A DNA stretch of 64,000 nucleotides from Carcharhinus amblyrhynchos (GCA_965287045.1 OZ336871.1:45818001-45882000), one strand, 5' to 3'. Positions 1 through 12,790 are shown, numbered from the stretch's first letter. Notes: generated by a model from the letters alone, not told the origin. Program-made: numbers and translations.

Positions 1-200
1 CCCAACATTCTTGGATGTGGTGCTGGAGGGCTTGGTGCAGGATCTTACAAGGAGAAGAGAGGTCCTCCACCCAGAAAGGGCCAGGATGCCCCACTGCCAG
101 GTACAGAAAGAGCAGGTAGAAGTCATGGTCAGTGCCAGCCATATATCCATGAAGACCTGGATGCAGGTTTGAAAGAAGTCCTCTTCAAATTTCATAACTA

Positions 201-335
201 AGAGAAAAAATGCTAGAAAATCTCAGCAGCTCTGGCAGCATCTGTAAGGAGAGAAAAGAGCTGATGTTACAAGTTGATAAGATCCTTTCTCCCTCCAGCA
301 TGTGCAGTAATTTGCTTTTATTCAAATTCCATATA
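201..335. mobile_element. Short Penelope-like terminal-repeat fragment
   Basis: aaaatgctagaaaatctcagcagctctggcagcatctg..gagagaaa motif shared with the 2420, 10870, 12650 and 34140 copies. Confidence 0.55.
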
Positions 336-1244
336 CTTCCAGCTGCATCACTAGCCTCACAAACTGTTCCATTCAGCTCACTGCCTTCACTTACGTACCA
401 CTAATCTCTACAACTAGGATTCCTACATCAGATTCATAGTCTCCCTAACACACTTGGCACCGCCACCCGCTGCACATTCACATTTGCCAGCAATGCCAGG
501 TATATCAGTCAACAGCTGATGACAGATACAAAGCACATCCTCACTCGGGTACTGAGGATGTGCTTTGATAGAATCCATGTTAGAGTCGGGGGGAATGGAA
601 ACACTTATCACTAATAAGGCCAGTGGTGGGGCTGAAAACAATGAGGCTGATTCCTGCCTATTCCACCTTCCTATATCCCATTACCTCCCCATCCATTGTC
701 TGGTGCAACATGTAAGTGGCACATGGTTTAATATCACATTCTTGTTTTCTGCCACTTCCCTGACCCTAACCTTAATTTTGTGTCTTTATTTTTTCTTTCT
801 AATATCCAGGAACTGCTTCCTGGCCTGAAAGGCTGAAGGCCCAGAGGGAGAACAGACTGAGGAGGAGCACTATCACTTGATTTGACACTTTCAGTCACCA
901 ACTGTAATTGGCCATGCCTTTATTTTAGAGGCTAGCATAGAGGCACAACCTGCATGCGGTGAGGAACCATAAACAGATCAGAGGGAAAGGATTGCATGGG
1001 TACTAGTTCCTGGAAGGTGGGTCATATGTGAGTTCCCCCATTTGGTCCTGATTGTGAGGTTCTGAAGCCTGTGGTAAAATCAACCCAATGTTTCAGTGCT
1101 GCAGTGGAAGTTCAGACTGAGTTCATGAGAACTCTGCTTGTTACCATGCTGATGCCAACATGGGTGAACATTCCAGTTCTCAAAGAGACTTCCAGGGTAT
1201 CACAGTAGTTCAGTGATCTGTGCTCCAGGAGATTACCAGGAGTG

Positions 1245-1370
1245 CTGATTTAATCTGATTTATTATTATCACATACATTGGGATATAGTGAAAATTATTG
1301 TTTCTTGCACACTATAAAGACAAAACATTTCATTCATAGAGTACATAGAGGAGAAAGAAAGGAAAGAAGA
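1245..1370 (-). mobile_element. Rex1/Babar LINE 3' tail
   Basis: Reverse complement of the tail seen at 9900-10000 and 51400-51490. Confidence 0.7.
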
Positions 1371-2418
1371 GGAACACTGCTCTGTAGGACTGGCAGTGAT
1401 TATATGGAACACAAACATGCTAATTTCAGGATAACTGCTTTTATGTTCACATCATCGCTCTCCATCAATGGCCTTCATATTGCCCTTTAGCCAACCAGCC
1501 CAAACTGCTGCCACCCATGCAGAGATGGTTCAGCCCGAAGTTAAGCTTTCCAGGCCCAGAGCCAACAGAGGGTATCCTGGGCATCTGCAGAACCCCCACT
1601 GAAAGACAACTGCCTCACCAACCTTGCTGCATCCACTGGGTGGTCGTGCATAGGAGTGGCAGGGTTCCATAGTGAATAGTTCCATTGTTCATGGTGAATT
1701 CTAGGCACCAAACAATTCGCTCCTGACTGAGATGGAAGTGGAGAAGACTGTGAGTGGATGAGGTCTCCTGCTGGGAGAATGTCTTTCCACTTCCCTTCAT
1801 CCCACTCTGATTAGCTTCTGTCCTTCATTGCCATGTCCCATTTCCCTCTTATGCTGCAGCCCAAAGGACTACTGTAGCCCTTACTATGGGTAATAAGTGT
1901 TGTGCTCCAAACCCATGCAGTGCAACAAATGAACACCTTCCCCACATGCAGCAACATTCCCCACAGTGTTCATTAAAGTCCAAGCTAAGTACCTCCTCCA
2001 GATATCCAGCATTTACACATCCTCAAACAGAATCAGTAGGGAGTAAAACATACCTAACCTGTAGGTTGGATGATGGTACATTTAGAGAGTGCTGGTTGGG
2101 CATTCGTCATGCTGCTGAATATATTTACAAGAGGACATTAACTAGAGAGAAGCAAGGTCCAAAATGGTATGGCTGGCATCAACCTAGCTTTAGATGCTGA
2201 AACATGTCACCATCTTCATATACCCTCTGCAAACACACAGTAACTATTTTAATGCCCTCACCTAAAATTGCATTTGGAGCTCAGCATTCTAGAAGTGGAC
2301 AGAAAAGGTGCGGTCACCAGTTCGCTTCTAAACCAATACCTACATCGGTCAAATTTTGCAACCCAAGTCTTTGGAATGGAAAAGCATGGAATTGAGCAAA
2401 GATAGGTAAGTCAGAAGC

Positions 2419-2560
2419 TGAAACAAAAACAGAAAATGCTGAAAATCTCAACAGGTCTTACAGCATATGTGGAGAGAAAATAGAACTAGTGTTTGAGTCT
2501 GGAGGACCGAGGTCCTGCATTTTCTGTTTTTGTTTCAGAGTTCAGCAACTGCAATATTTT
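2419..2560. mobile_element. Short Penelope-like element with inverted ends
   Basis: tgaaacaaaaacagaaaatgc (2419) is inverted to gcattttctgtttttgtttca (2518). Confidence 0.6.
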
Positions 2561-3687
2561 GCCTTAAATCAAAAGCTGAGTCAAATCAGTCAAATCATTT
2601 CCCCATGGTTGCTGAACCACACTGGGGAAAGGTGATCTGGCTAGCCTTATGACTGATGGATAATATGTGGGATGAGGAAATTTAGAGGGGAAAAGGAGCA
2701 AGCACGACATTACTTCTGGTTTTGTTTCTGTGGATCTATTAATGAAACCAAGCAACTGTGAGCTTTACTATTGAGAGACATTTGCCGGAGCTTATTTTTT
2801 GAGAGTCAGAATTAAGTCCAAGGGAAAAAAAAGGGGGAACAAACAGAAACAAACCTCATGAAGAGCAAGGCTGAGAATTTCACTGAACACATCAGTTGAA
2901 ACAATGGTGATTCACGTCAATTGAAACAATGTTTATACATAAACCAAGTTGTTGCCACAATTCTAGTGAAGCCATGTTGGCACGATAGAAGCAGCTCTGA
3001 GGGAAGTGATTGATATAAATGCTGCTGAAGCAGAAATCTGAAATAAAGAGAGAAAATACTGGAAATATACTTCAGACCCTGTAAAGAGAAAACTTTGCAT
3101 GATCTGTTGTAAATTTTCCCAAAGGAATCATCACTATACCTGAGATTTAAATTGGTATAAAATAAAACAGTTAAATAGGAAATTTTCTGGTCGTGGCATT
3201 TCAGAATCGTTTCACTGAGATGCAGCATTGGATCAAGTTCGATAGTCCCTTATTTATACTGCCCTACTTGACTGGAATTTTCCTGCTTAAGACAGAGCCC
3301 TGCATACAAATCTCTTACAGGCAGAAGCAGAGCTTCCCCTATTGGATTTTAAAATTTAAACAGCTTGAGCGTAGCAAAGGAGTGTCCATGCTCTTTAAAC
3401 ATTATAATGAATGTGTGGTTCCTTCAGGACCGCAAGCATTCTTTGAGCTAGGTTTGACAGAACATGCCTGCCACTTTCTCCATGATAAACCTGCAGGGTT
3501 AGTCACATAGCTGCCACACAATTCAAGTAGCACTGAGGGTCTCCAACTTCTTTACCCGAGGGACTTTCCAGGCACCTACATAGGATATCTCAAGAGTCAG
3601 TCAATTGTTGATTTTCTGGACAACTAAGAGAGATAAAAGAATAAGAATAATAAGCAATAAGATACAGTAAATAAAATTAATTGCACT

Positions 3688-4648
3688 TTTTATTTATGGG
3701 ATGTGGGTGTTGCTGGCTAGGCCAACATTTATTGCCCATCTCTAGTTGCCCATGAGAAGGTGATGGTGATGGTAAGCAACCTTCTTGAACTGCTGTGGAC
3801 CCTGGGGTGTAGGTACGCCCAATATGCTGTTAGGGAAGGACTTCCAGGATTTTGACCCAGCGACAGTGAAGGAACAGCGATACATTTTCAAGTCAGGATG
3901 GTGCGTGAACCATCCGGGGATAGGGAACCTCTGGGTGCTGGTTTTCCCTGGTATCTGCTACCTTTGTCATTTTAGATGGTAATGGTCGTTGGATTTGCAA
4001 GTTGCTGTCTGAGGAGCCTTGCTGAGTTCCTGCAGTACATCTTGCTGCCACTATTTGTGGAAGAATTGAATGTTTTTAGGGAAGGTAACAATCAAGCTGG
4101 CTGCTTTGTCCTGAATAGTGTTGCGCTTCTTTAGTGTTTTTGGAGCTGCAATCATCTCGGCCAATGAAGACTATTTCCATACAGTCCTGACTTGTGCCTT
4201 GTAGGTTGTGGACAGGCTTTGGGGAGTCAGGAGATGAGTTACTCACTACAGGAATCCCAGCTTCTGACCTGCCCATAGTATTTATATGGCTAGTCCAGTT
4301 CAGTTTCTGGTCAGTAGTAATCCCCAAGATGTTGATAGTGGGGCTTTCAGTGATAGTAATGACATTGAATTTCAAGGAACGATGGATAGATTATCTCTTG
4401 TTGGAGATGGTCATTGCCTGGCAGTTATGTGACATGAATGCTACCGCCAGTTGTCAGCCTAAGCCTAAATATTGTCCAGGTCTTGCTGCATTTGGACAAG
4501 GGCTGCTTCAGTATACGAGGATTTACGAATGCTGCTGAACATTGTGCAATCATCAGCAAGAATCCCACTTCTAGACTTACAATGGAAGGACAGTTATTGA
4601 TGAAGCAGCTTGAAGATAGTTGGGTCAAAAACATTGTCCTGAGGAACT
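3688..4648 (-). mobile_element. CR1-clade LINE family B, 3' part
   Basis: ORF 4076..4375 ITESPTINILGITTDQKLNWTSHIN is homologous to 58453..58731; shared 3' tail gggcaataaatg. Confidence 0.85.
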
Positions 4649-5004
4649 TAACATACTTGTGTTGTGTATGCTTCCACCTTTATTTGCCCTTTAAGTGTTG
4701 TGAATTCCTCCTTTTTGGTCGTGCATATGCCATTTATATGTTTCAGGATGTTTACTCTGCAAAATTAGGTAAGACATGTACGAATATCAGAATAAATAGT
4801 TGACCTGTTCCTACTTTTCCCAAACACAAACACTGAACCATACCACCTGCAGATTTGCATGTTAGTGTGTGCAAGTAGCATTAAGTGCATTATTGAATGG
4901 TGGTATGGTTCAGCAGGGATTCAAAATTGTGTAATGTGAACAATACTTAAAGCCAGACTACAGAGACAGATTGTAATTCTCATAGCAGAGGAGCATTCAG
5001 GCTA

Positions 5005-5283
5005 CAGCAGGTGGCACAGTGGTTAGCACTGCTGTCTCGATTTCTGACCTTGGGTCACTGTCTGTGCAGTGTGTCTGCATGTTCTCCTCATGTCTGCATG
5101 GGGTTCCTCTGGTGCTCCGGTTTCCTTCCACAATCTGAAAGGTGTGCTGGATAAGTGCATTGACCATGCTAAATTCTCCTTCAATATGCCCAAACAGGTG
5201 CCAGAGTGTTGCGACAAAGGGATTTTCACATTAACTTCATTGCAGTGTTAATGCAAGCCTATTTGTGACTAATAAATAAACTT
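5005..5283 (+). mobile_element. HE1-like tRNA-derived V-SINE, alternative-tail subfamily
   Basis: A-box gtggcacagtggttagcact, V-domain ggtttcctc..gctccggtttcct, tail ttgtgactaataaataaac. Confidence 0.85.
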
Positions 5284-5335
5284 AGATGATGGAACAGGTT
5301 GCAGGAGTAAGTGCTAGTAAGAAGAATACTGAGTT

Positions 5336-6092
5336 AAAGAACAAAGAACAAAGAAAATTACAGCACAGGAACAGGCCCTTTGGCCCTCCAAGCCTGCACC
5401 GACTGTGCTGCCTGACTTAACTAAAATCCCCTGTGCTTCCAGGGACCACATCCCTCTATTCCCAGCTCATTCATGTACTTGTCAAGATGCCCCTTAAAAG
5501 TCACTACTGTATCCATTTCCACTACCTCCCCTGGCAATGAGTTCCAGACACCCCCTGTATAAAAAACCTGCCTTGTACATCTCTTTTAAAACTTGACCCT
5601 TGCATCTTAAACCTATGTACCCTAGTAATTGACTCTTCCACCCTGGGAAAAAGCTTCTGACTATCCACTCTGTCCATGCCTCTCATAATCTTGTAGACTT
5701 CTATCAGGTCTCCCCTCAACCTCCATCGCTCCAGTGAGAACAAGCCAAGTTTCTCCAACCTCTCCTCATAACTAATACACTCCATACCAGGCAGCATCCT
5801 GGTAAATCTTTTCTGTACCCCCTTCAAAGCCTCCACATTCTTCTGGTAGAATTGAACACAATATTCCAAGTGCAGCCTCACTAAGGTTCTATAAAGCGTC
5901 AACATGACTTGCCAATTTTTAAACTCAATACCCCAGCCGAAGAAGGCAAGCATGCTATATGCCTTCTTGACAATCTCCTCCACCTGCATTGCCACTTTCA
6001 GTGACGTGTGTACCTATACACCCAGACCCCTTTGCCTATCAATACTCTTAAGGGTTCTGCCATTTACTGTACATTTCCTATCTGTATTAGAC
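5336..6092 (-). mobile_element. HER1-type CR1 LINE, 5'-truncated
   Basis: ORF 5522..5995 LYRTLVRLHLEYCVQF..LGLFSLE..LRGDLIEVYKIM; (TTCTTTG)n tail. Confidence 0.95.
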
Positions 6093-6149
6093 CTGTATTT
6101 GTGTTAAGTTGCAACAGTGCAGACAATGTGATTCAAGATTCTCCAATGC

Positions 6150-8700
6150 CATGATCACTGCCCAGATGGAAGTAGTGCATAAGAGGAAAGAAATCCCATA
6201 TCTAAAGGAGCCATCAGATTCTCAAAGTAAACTGTGCAAAAGCAATGGGGGCAAATAGCTGTGTAGCTCAATGTGAGAAGTCTAAGGATTTGTAGTTATG
6301 TCACAACCTTTTCAATTACATCCCGTGAATGGTCAAGGTCAATTAATTCATCTTCAAATATCATCCTCCCCAACAAGCCTCAAGCACTGTTTAATTCACC
6401 ACCAGCCCCCTCCCTCATTGCTCACCTATCAACAATCTCTATCAACTTGAACTGATACGTAACATTTAGCACTCCACCTCATCCTCACACACCTAGCACT
6501 GCTGCAGGCCCCCAACCCACGGTCACATCTAGCAAACATTTCCAGCTATTCAACTATGACAACTACATCACCCAAACACTCACACCACACTCACTGACAA
6601 ATTTCCCTCTCTCTTACAGGACTGTGCACAAGCAGAGGCCCCAGAAGCTAATCAGCGGGAGAAAGGCATGCCTCCATTTCCTTATCCTGGTAGGGAGACT
6701 ATCCTTGGTGCAACCATCATACAGTCTGTGGCCAGGGATGGGAGTGGGACAATCAAAACAATGATTATCCAGATTTTAAACCTTCTTGTCCTATCCCACT
6801 TCCTGCTTGTCACCCAATCTCTTCCGGATAAATGTGTAGTGGCCCATTTTGGCAGGACCAATGGGATGAAGGAGTACAATATCGAGGGTAGGAGTCTTCG
6901 CTGTGTTGAAGAGCAGAAGAATCTTGGGGTCCGGGTCCACAGGACTCTTAAATCGGCCTCACAGGTGGAGTATGCGGTCAAGAAGGCGTATGGTGCATTG
7001 GCCTTCATTAATCGAGGGATTGAGTTTAGGAGTTGGGAGGTAACGCTGCAACTTTATAACATCATTGTCAGACCCCACTTGGAGTACTGTGCGCAGTTCT
7101 GGTCGCCTCACTACAGGAAGGATGTGGAAGCTATTGAGAGGGTGCAGAGGAGATTTACAAGGATGTTGCCTGGACTGGGAGGCATGCCTTCTGAAGATAG
7201 GTTGAGGGAGCTAGGTCTCTTCTCCCTGGAGAGACGAAGGTTGGGAGGCGACCTGATAGAGGTTTATAAAATGTTGAGAGGAATAGATAGGGTGGATTCT
7301 CGGAGGCTATTTCCCAGGGCTGAAATGGTCGCTACGAGAGGACACAGGCTTAAGGTGCTGGGAAGCAAGCACAGGGGAGATGTTAGGTGAAAGTTTTTCA
7401 CTCAGAGGGTGGTGAGTGAGTGGAATCGGCTGCCATCAGTGGTGGTAGAGGCGAACTCGCTGGGGTCTTTTAAAAGACTTCTGGATGAGTACATGGGATC
7501 TAATGGGATTGGGAGTTACAGATAGTTCTATGGCTTGGTAGGTATGGATGTGATCAGCGCAACTTGTGGGTCGAAGGGTCTGATTGTGCTGTAGTGTTCT
7601 ATGTTCTATGTTCTATGTAATTTACTCACTACAGGTATAATGTAATTTGATGATCAGTCATGATCATAATGAATGTAGATGCAGGCTCGAAGGGCTGAGT
7701 GACCTATTCCTGCTTCTACTTTCTATTTATACAGACACACACCATTTACTTTCCCATCCGTCACTACAATACTTTCCTCATCTTTTTCTTCTTTCAGAGA
7801 GCTAAGAACTGTATCCTGGCCAGGGATTGATGGAGGAGGAAGAATTAGGAAAGGAGCAAGAGAGAGAGGAAGAAGTATTATTACTCAGTGTCACACTCGC
7901 ATCCATAAACTCAGTTACCTACTTTCGTGGATAGGTGGGAGACAGGACCTGTAGGTGGCGAAGCACCTATACTTAATGACCTGCAGTCAGGGCAGGTTGC
8001 AGAGATAGTACTTGTGCCTTAATACTACTCAAAACGGAATGCTGTGGATGCTGGAAATCAGAAAATCCTGCCTTGGCTAAATGGTTGAATATGATTTCTT
8101 GCTGGCAGCTCTTCTCTCACTCTCTTCTTCCTCTTCCAGCAGTTTGTCATGCTCTGTGTGGCCTCTGCTCATTCCCCCATCATACTTTAGTCCAAGGGGA
8201 ATGCACACTGCACAGTCATGTCTGGGAGCAAATGGTTTGTGCAGAGTCTTTGACATCATTCAGCATGTACCACATCACGTCCTGTGGACTTAAACAACTT
8301 TAAACTACTCTGGAAACAAATAAGTCCTTCTACAGTTCAGCAAGAACCAACAGGAATCAGTGAGCAATTACATGAAAATAGTTGATGACTCCTTTAAACA
8401 GCAGTAGTGGGGTGTCCTTCCTGTGGCAGAACACATGACCAACTCTGCTAAGTCAAGAGATGATATTAATTGGAGCATTGGCCTCCAAAATTGGAACTCT
8501 GATATCAATGATATAATGCTCTGCATAATCTGTATACTTCCAACAGACATCCCTGTCAGCATTCACACTCTCAGCAAAATGGCACCTGCACTGTGGCTGG
8601 AACCAGAAGAATGGAAGTACACTACAGGCGTCGGAACTGATTCTCCTACCTCGCTGCACCTAGCACAGATTGTGCTGATCCTGGGAATTAACATGCAGGC
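6150..8700 (+). mobile_element. PIF/Harbinger Myb-ORF remnant, interrupted by HER1
   Basis: 6180-6290 RKEIPYL..QWGQIAV*LNVRSL (Myb/SANT-like); intron-like segment 6338-6619; acidic exon piece near 7830-7920 like that at 850-930. Confidence 0.5.
6826..7618 (+). mobile_element. HER1-type CR1 LINE, 5'-truncated, relatively young
   Basis: ORF 6668..7390 from DKCVVAHFGR to RGDVR is the ORF2 C-terminus; (TTCTATG)3 tail; many CpGs retained. Confidence 0.95.
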
Positions 8701-9700
8701 CTAAAAATCAGTTTTGCTCCCAGCCCCAAACCATTTGCAATTCTCCCAGCCCCTTTCTACTGGCACGAATCGGATCGCATACAAGTGTGTGAGGCTGATT
8801 AGCATATTTAAAGTAGCATTTAAATATGCATAGCCCGTTCAACTCCTAGCGCACAGAATCTCCGACTTTCAGGCATTGCATGAGAACAGTGAGAATGGGT
8901 TCCACTAACAGAGACCTGGTGCAGTGGCCACGCCAGGGGGAACACAGTAAGAAGTCTCACAACACCAGGTTAAAGTCCAACAGGTTTATTTGTAGCAAAC
9001 GCCACTAGCTTTCAGAACAAGGTACGGACAATTGTCATGCTCTGTGTGGCTTGTACCTTTAAGACTTGATTAGCTGTAAAGACTCACATTCCAATCATTA
9101 TTCATGTAAATTGAGTTTGTGTCTTTATATGCCCTGTTTGTGATCAGAACTCCCACCCACCTGACAAAGGAACAGCCAGTTCTGAAAGTTAGTGTCATTT
9201 GCTACAAATAAACCTGTTGGACTTTAATCTGGTGTTGTAAGACTTCTTATTTTGTTTACCCCAGTCTAACGCCGTCATGTCCACATCATGAATGCCAGGG
9301 GGAGTCACAGGCCATTAAAATTCTGGGGTGGACAGTGTCCATTAGGCAGTGCCACCTGGCAGTGTTCACCGGACAACCTGGCAATGGCCACCAGGCACCC
9401 TGGTGGTGGCTACCAGGATCCCCAGCAGTGGCCACCAGGAACGCTGGCAGTGGCCCTCAAGTGATAGTGCCAGGAGCAGTGCCAAGGGGATGGGACCTTC
9501 GCTGTGTTTACTACAAGGGCCTACTCAGGGGGGCTTTAACAGGAAGCTATGCGGGGGGGCTGGGGGTGGGGGGGGTCCTGCAGGTGTGGATCATATTGAG
9601 GGGTAATGATAGGGGGCATATTGGAGGTCATAAGGGGGACCCACCAATGGGCCTGATGCCCTGATGCTGGCAACTCATGTGTGGGAGAGAGGGAGGAATA
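8700..9700. mobile_element. GC-rich Harbinger-like non-autonomous fragment (hosts the Penelope insertion)
   Basis: Repeated tggca/tgcca motifs and G-runs like other Harbinger-associated stretches here. Confidence 0.35.
8942..9293 (+). mobile_element. Penelope-like element with inverted pLTR and decayed hammerhead core
   Basis: ~78-nt inverted repeat 8941-9018 vs 9179-9257; CTGACAA..GAAA at 9161-9187; flanking direct repeat GCCAGGGGGA (8932-8941, 9294-9303). Confidence 0.75.
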
Positions 9701-9716
9701 TGCCACATAATCAAGG

Positions 9717-10000
9717 AGCTCACATACCCCAGGCATACTCTCTTCCACCTTCTTCCATTGGGAAAGAGTTTTCCAAGTCTGGGAATCACATTCCAACTGA
9801 CTCAAGAACAGCTGTCATCAGAATTTTGAAAGACCTAAAACATATTAAGTTGAACTTCCTCTACACCTTAGCCATGACTGTCACACTACATTCTGCACCT
9901 TCTCCTTCCCATCTCTATGAAGAGTATGCTTTGCATAGCATGCAAGAAACAATATTTTTCACTATAATAATGCATGTGACAATAATAAATCAAAATCAAA
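9717..10000 (+). mobile_element. Rex1/Babar LINE 3' fragment
   Basis: HPRHTLFHLLPLGK-like motif; tail catgtgacaataataaatcaaaatcaaa; homologous to 51200-51490. Confidence 0.8.
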
Positions 10001-10002
10001 CA

Positions 10003-10214
10003 TCATCAACACTTTTAAATCACTGCACGGATTGTGAGCAAAAAGATATTTGAGTCACATTCCACGCAGTGATTGAGAACACAGAAAGAGATGAGCAATA
10101 TGAGCAGTCAATTGTCCAGCTCAATCTGGGAGGAAAGGCCCAGATAGTGGGCGAAACTCATTCATCTCAAACTCAGATTCAATCACAATTGGAAATATCA
10201 TCGGGAAAAGTCAG
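10003..10214 (+). pseudogene. Pseudo-exon remnant: ..CTDCEQKDI*VTFHAVIENTERDEQYEQSIVQLNLGG..SSGKVR
   Basis: ~70 codons open except TGA 10051-10053; donor AG|GTAAAC at 10215; 5' side abuts a Rex1 tail. Confidence 0.45.
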
Positions 10215-10284
10215 GTAAACCCATGATCAGTGTGGCACATTTTATTATATTTCTTGTTCACAAGCAAAGTTTTATGGCTTTTAG

Positions 10285-10345
10285 ATTCAAAGGAAAAATT
10301 GTATTTGCATCTCTTGTTCTGCATACTTATGCTCTGAAACACAAG
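10285..10345 (+). pseudogene. Possible small pseudo-exon (R)FKGKIVFASLVLHTYALKHK
   Basis: ttttag acceptor and AAG|GTAGTT donor; phase matches the 10214 donor, but the implied intron is only 70 nt. Confidence 0.25.
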
Positions 10346-10554
10346 GTAGTTTTGCTTAATGGTTGCTGTTTTATTTCAACTGATTAAGGGTGGATTTGTG
10401 TACTCTCTTCCCTGGTAAGTTTGGTGGTGAAGGGCATTTAATCAGGAGGGAGGGTGATAGTTGTTCCTGCCCCCAACCCAATTAAGTCTGTGTGGGAATG
10501 CTCATAGACAGCCTGACTGCCCCACAGCCTACTGAGGCCCTTAAATGGGAAATT

Positions 10555-10682
10555 AATAATATTAACTTTGGAGACGTTGCAGGATATAAATCAAGAAGAT
10601 ACTCTGATGGGGTCAAATATCTTTCTCTATACACAAGACAGTGGAAGAAAAAAGGTGAAGCACATCATCACTAAACATTGAT
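10555..10682 (+). pseudogene. Pseudo-exon remnant NINFGDVAGYKSRRYSDGVKYLSLYTRQWKKKGEAHHH*TL
   Basis: C-terminal part of track ORF 10492..10674; pattern resembles recalled RNF213 YKYVIY..YEFIYKHQQKKGEYVNRCL; cut by an L2 insertion. Confidence 0.4.
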
Positions 10683-11190
10683 GACTTACCTTTGTAATCT
10701 CCTCCAGCCCCTACTTTGAACTATCAGTTCCTCTGACTCAGATACCCTAAACAATTCCCCATTCTCTGCACCTGATCATTGAAAGTCATGCATTTAGTCA
10801 CCTTCGTTCCATACTCTGGAAGTCCCCCTCTAAATCCTTCTGCCCTATCACCTTCATAAACACTAAGATAAAGACAAAATATTGTGGATGCTAGAATCAG
10901 AAACAAAAACAGATGGAGAAACTTCTAATGAAGGGTCATCCTGCCTCAAAACATTGGCTCTATTCTCTCTCCACAGATGCTGTTGGACCCGCTGAGTTTT
11001 CCCAGCATTTTCTGTCCTTCATAAACATCTTGAAAACCCACCTCTTTGACCAAGATTTTGAATCCCTTCCCTAATCTTTTTTTCTTTAGCTTGTCATCCA
11101 TTTTTTTCACATTTCTGAGGAATACACCTTACATTAACATATTTCTAGGTTAAGGACAGTATCAAAATAAACATAAACTGCTGTTGCTGC
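10683..11190 (+). mobile_element. L2 LINE 3' end with nested Penelope-like short repeat (10870-11020)
   Basis: ctttgtaatctcctccagcccc..cttgaaaacccacctctttgaccaag L2-type tail; nested ctaatgaagggtcatcctgcctcaaaac. Confidence 0.65.
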
Positions 11191-11204
11191 TGCTGCTCAG
11201 TAAC

Positions 11205-11464
11205 TTCAGCCGATCAAGGTGATGGTATTCAAAATCACGAAGGTTGGTAACTCAAAGCATAGACTCAAGTCTATTGATCTTTCCACTGAAATTTCTCCAG
11301 CAACAACATTCAGGTTATTCAGACTGACTGCTAGACTAGGCAATGGAAACAAAGGCAGATTCTGGAGGCAATAGAACTTCAATTCACAAATGACAATTAA
11401 ATTCAAGGTTTTTTCGAGGCTTTTTGCTCTGGTTCCTGCGCCAGCCTAACTCGGGAAGGGTTAG
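11205..11464 (+). pseudogene. Pseudo-exon remnant ..DQGDGI..QWKQRQILEAIELQFTNDN*IQGFFEAFC..REGL
   Basis: Unique sequence after the L2; donor G|GTGTAC at 11465 is phase 1 and joins in frame to the exon at 13045. Confidence 0.35.
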
Positions 11465-12024
11465 GTGTACTGTGGATGAAAGGAACACTGAAATTATATG
11501 GTGTTGAATAGTTGTCAACAGCATATAGATTAATATTAGCCGTGTTGTACAGTTCATTAGTGAAAAAATTGTCTTATATATATATGCTGTTAGTAAATAT
11601 CCTAATTACTTAAACAGTTACTTCCATCTCTATTGTCGTTGGGAAAGAAATATTACTTATTAACAACCTGAGAATGTCAATTTATTTTACTTAGCCACAG
11701 ACAGAAAGACTGCACACAACAGATTTTACATGATCTTTTACATGACCAATTTCTTCCTGCTGAGTATTACTAGCATTTTCTGTTTACATTGACACTTTTC
11801 CTTGGCGTTTTGGTAAACATGTGAGTCTCTTGCCGCAAATAGGAAATGTTCAAAAGTCAGAATCTGGAGTGCATAGTGTCAAGTGCACCAGGAAAAACTG
11901 ATGTGAGTTGGATCAAAGATCAGAGGAGGCCCAGCAAAGTAGTTTTAAAGTTTTATTTGTTTCTTCGTGGAAAAACAAGATCAAGAACACAATGGCACAG
12001 TGTTAGCACTATGGGGGTTCTTGG

Positions 12025-12430
12025 GCTGTGCGCAATCAGCACCCTGACCTTCCAGTTGTTCACCATTTTAACACATGATTCTGCTCCCATGCCCACATGT
12101 CTGTCCTTAGTCTGCTGCATTGTTCCAGTGAAGCTCAACACATCTCATCTTCCAACTAGGCACTTTACGGCATTCCAGTCTCAAGATCGAATTCAACAAC
12201 TTCAGATGATTAGCTCTACTCCACCTCGACCCCTTTGTTTTCATTTTATTTAATTTTTTACTGTTCTCTACCTTTTATTTCTTTCTTGTCTTTCTTTATC
12301 TTCCCTCTCCACTCTTTCCACCTACTTTATGCCCCTTTCCTTACCTTTTGTTCCCCCTCTGCTTCTCCTTTCCCCCTTCTTCAAAATTTTATCTCTTTTC
12401 CACCCAGATGGCCCCCTTCCATTTTGTTCC
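12025..12430 (+). mobile_element. Penelope-like element, GIY-YIG endonuclease C-terminus + pyrimidine-rich UTR
   Basis: Translates RNQHPDLPVVHHFNT*..HMSVLSLLHCSSEAQ..LIFQLGTLRHSSLKIEFNNFR*. Confidence 0.8.
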
Positions 12431-12647
12431 ACAAAATAATACTTTAATACATTTAATTTTGACAATTTAAATCATGAAAATATTAAATGAAGAAAACAGA
12501 ATATTAATGAACTGTGTAAAAAGATGACAAACATTCTGGAGTCAAATTTGAAGAGTATCTATATTTATATAAAAATATAACATTTCTCAGTAAACAAACA
12601 TGAAGTATACAATAATGTACATTTCATGTAACCATTATCTACTTTAT

Positions 12648-12790
12648 GTTGAGCCAACATTTTGAGTCTGGATGACCCTTTGAGCCCTGACTCGAAACAT
12701 TGACTGTTTTCTCTCTCCACAGATGTCGTCAGAACTGCTGAGTTTCTCCAGCATTTTCTATTTTTGGTTCAGAATTGCCTTTATCTACAT
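12648..12790 (+). mobile_element. Penelope-like terminal repeat with short inverted head
   Basis: caacattttgagtc..gactcgaaacattg inverted pair followed by ctctccacagatg..cagcattttct. Confidence 0.6.

Larger units (their letters stand above)
1..1620 (+). mobile_element. PIF/Harbinger remnant, Myb/SANT-like ORF, decayed
   Basis: 2-175 translates PTFLDVVLEGLVQDLTRRREVLHP..VSASHISMKTWMQV*KK (Myb/SANT-like); later low-complexity ORF pieces at 810-960 and 1500-1610. Confidence 0.65.

Noticed and set aside
6668-7390. 240-aa ORF as a chimeric novel protein
   Set aside because: A truncated HER1 ORF2 in chance frame with upstream Harbinger-derived sequence; no expression evidence.
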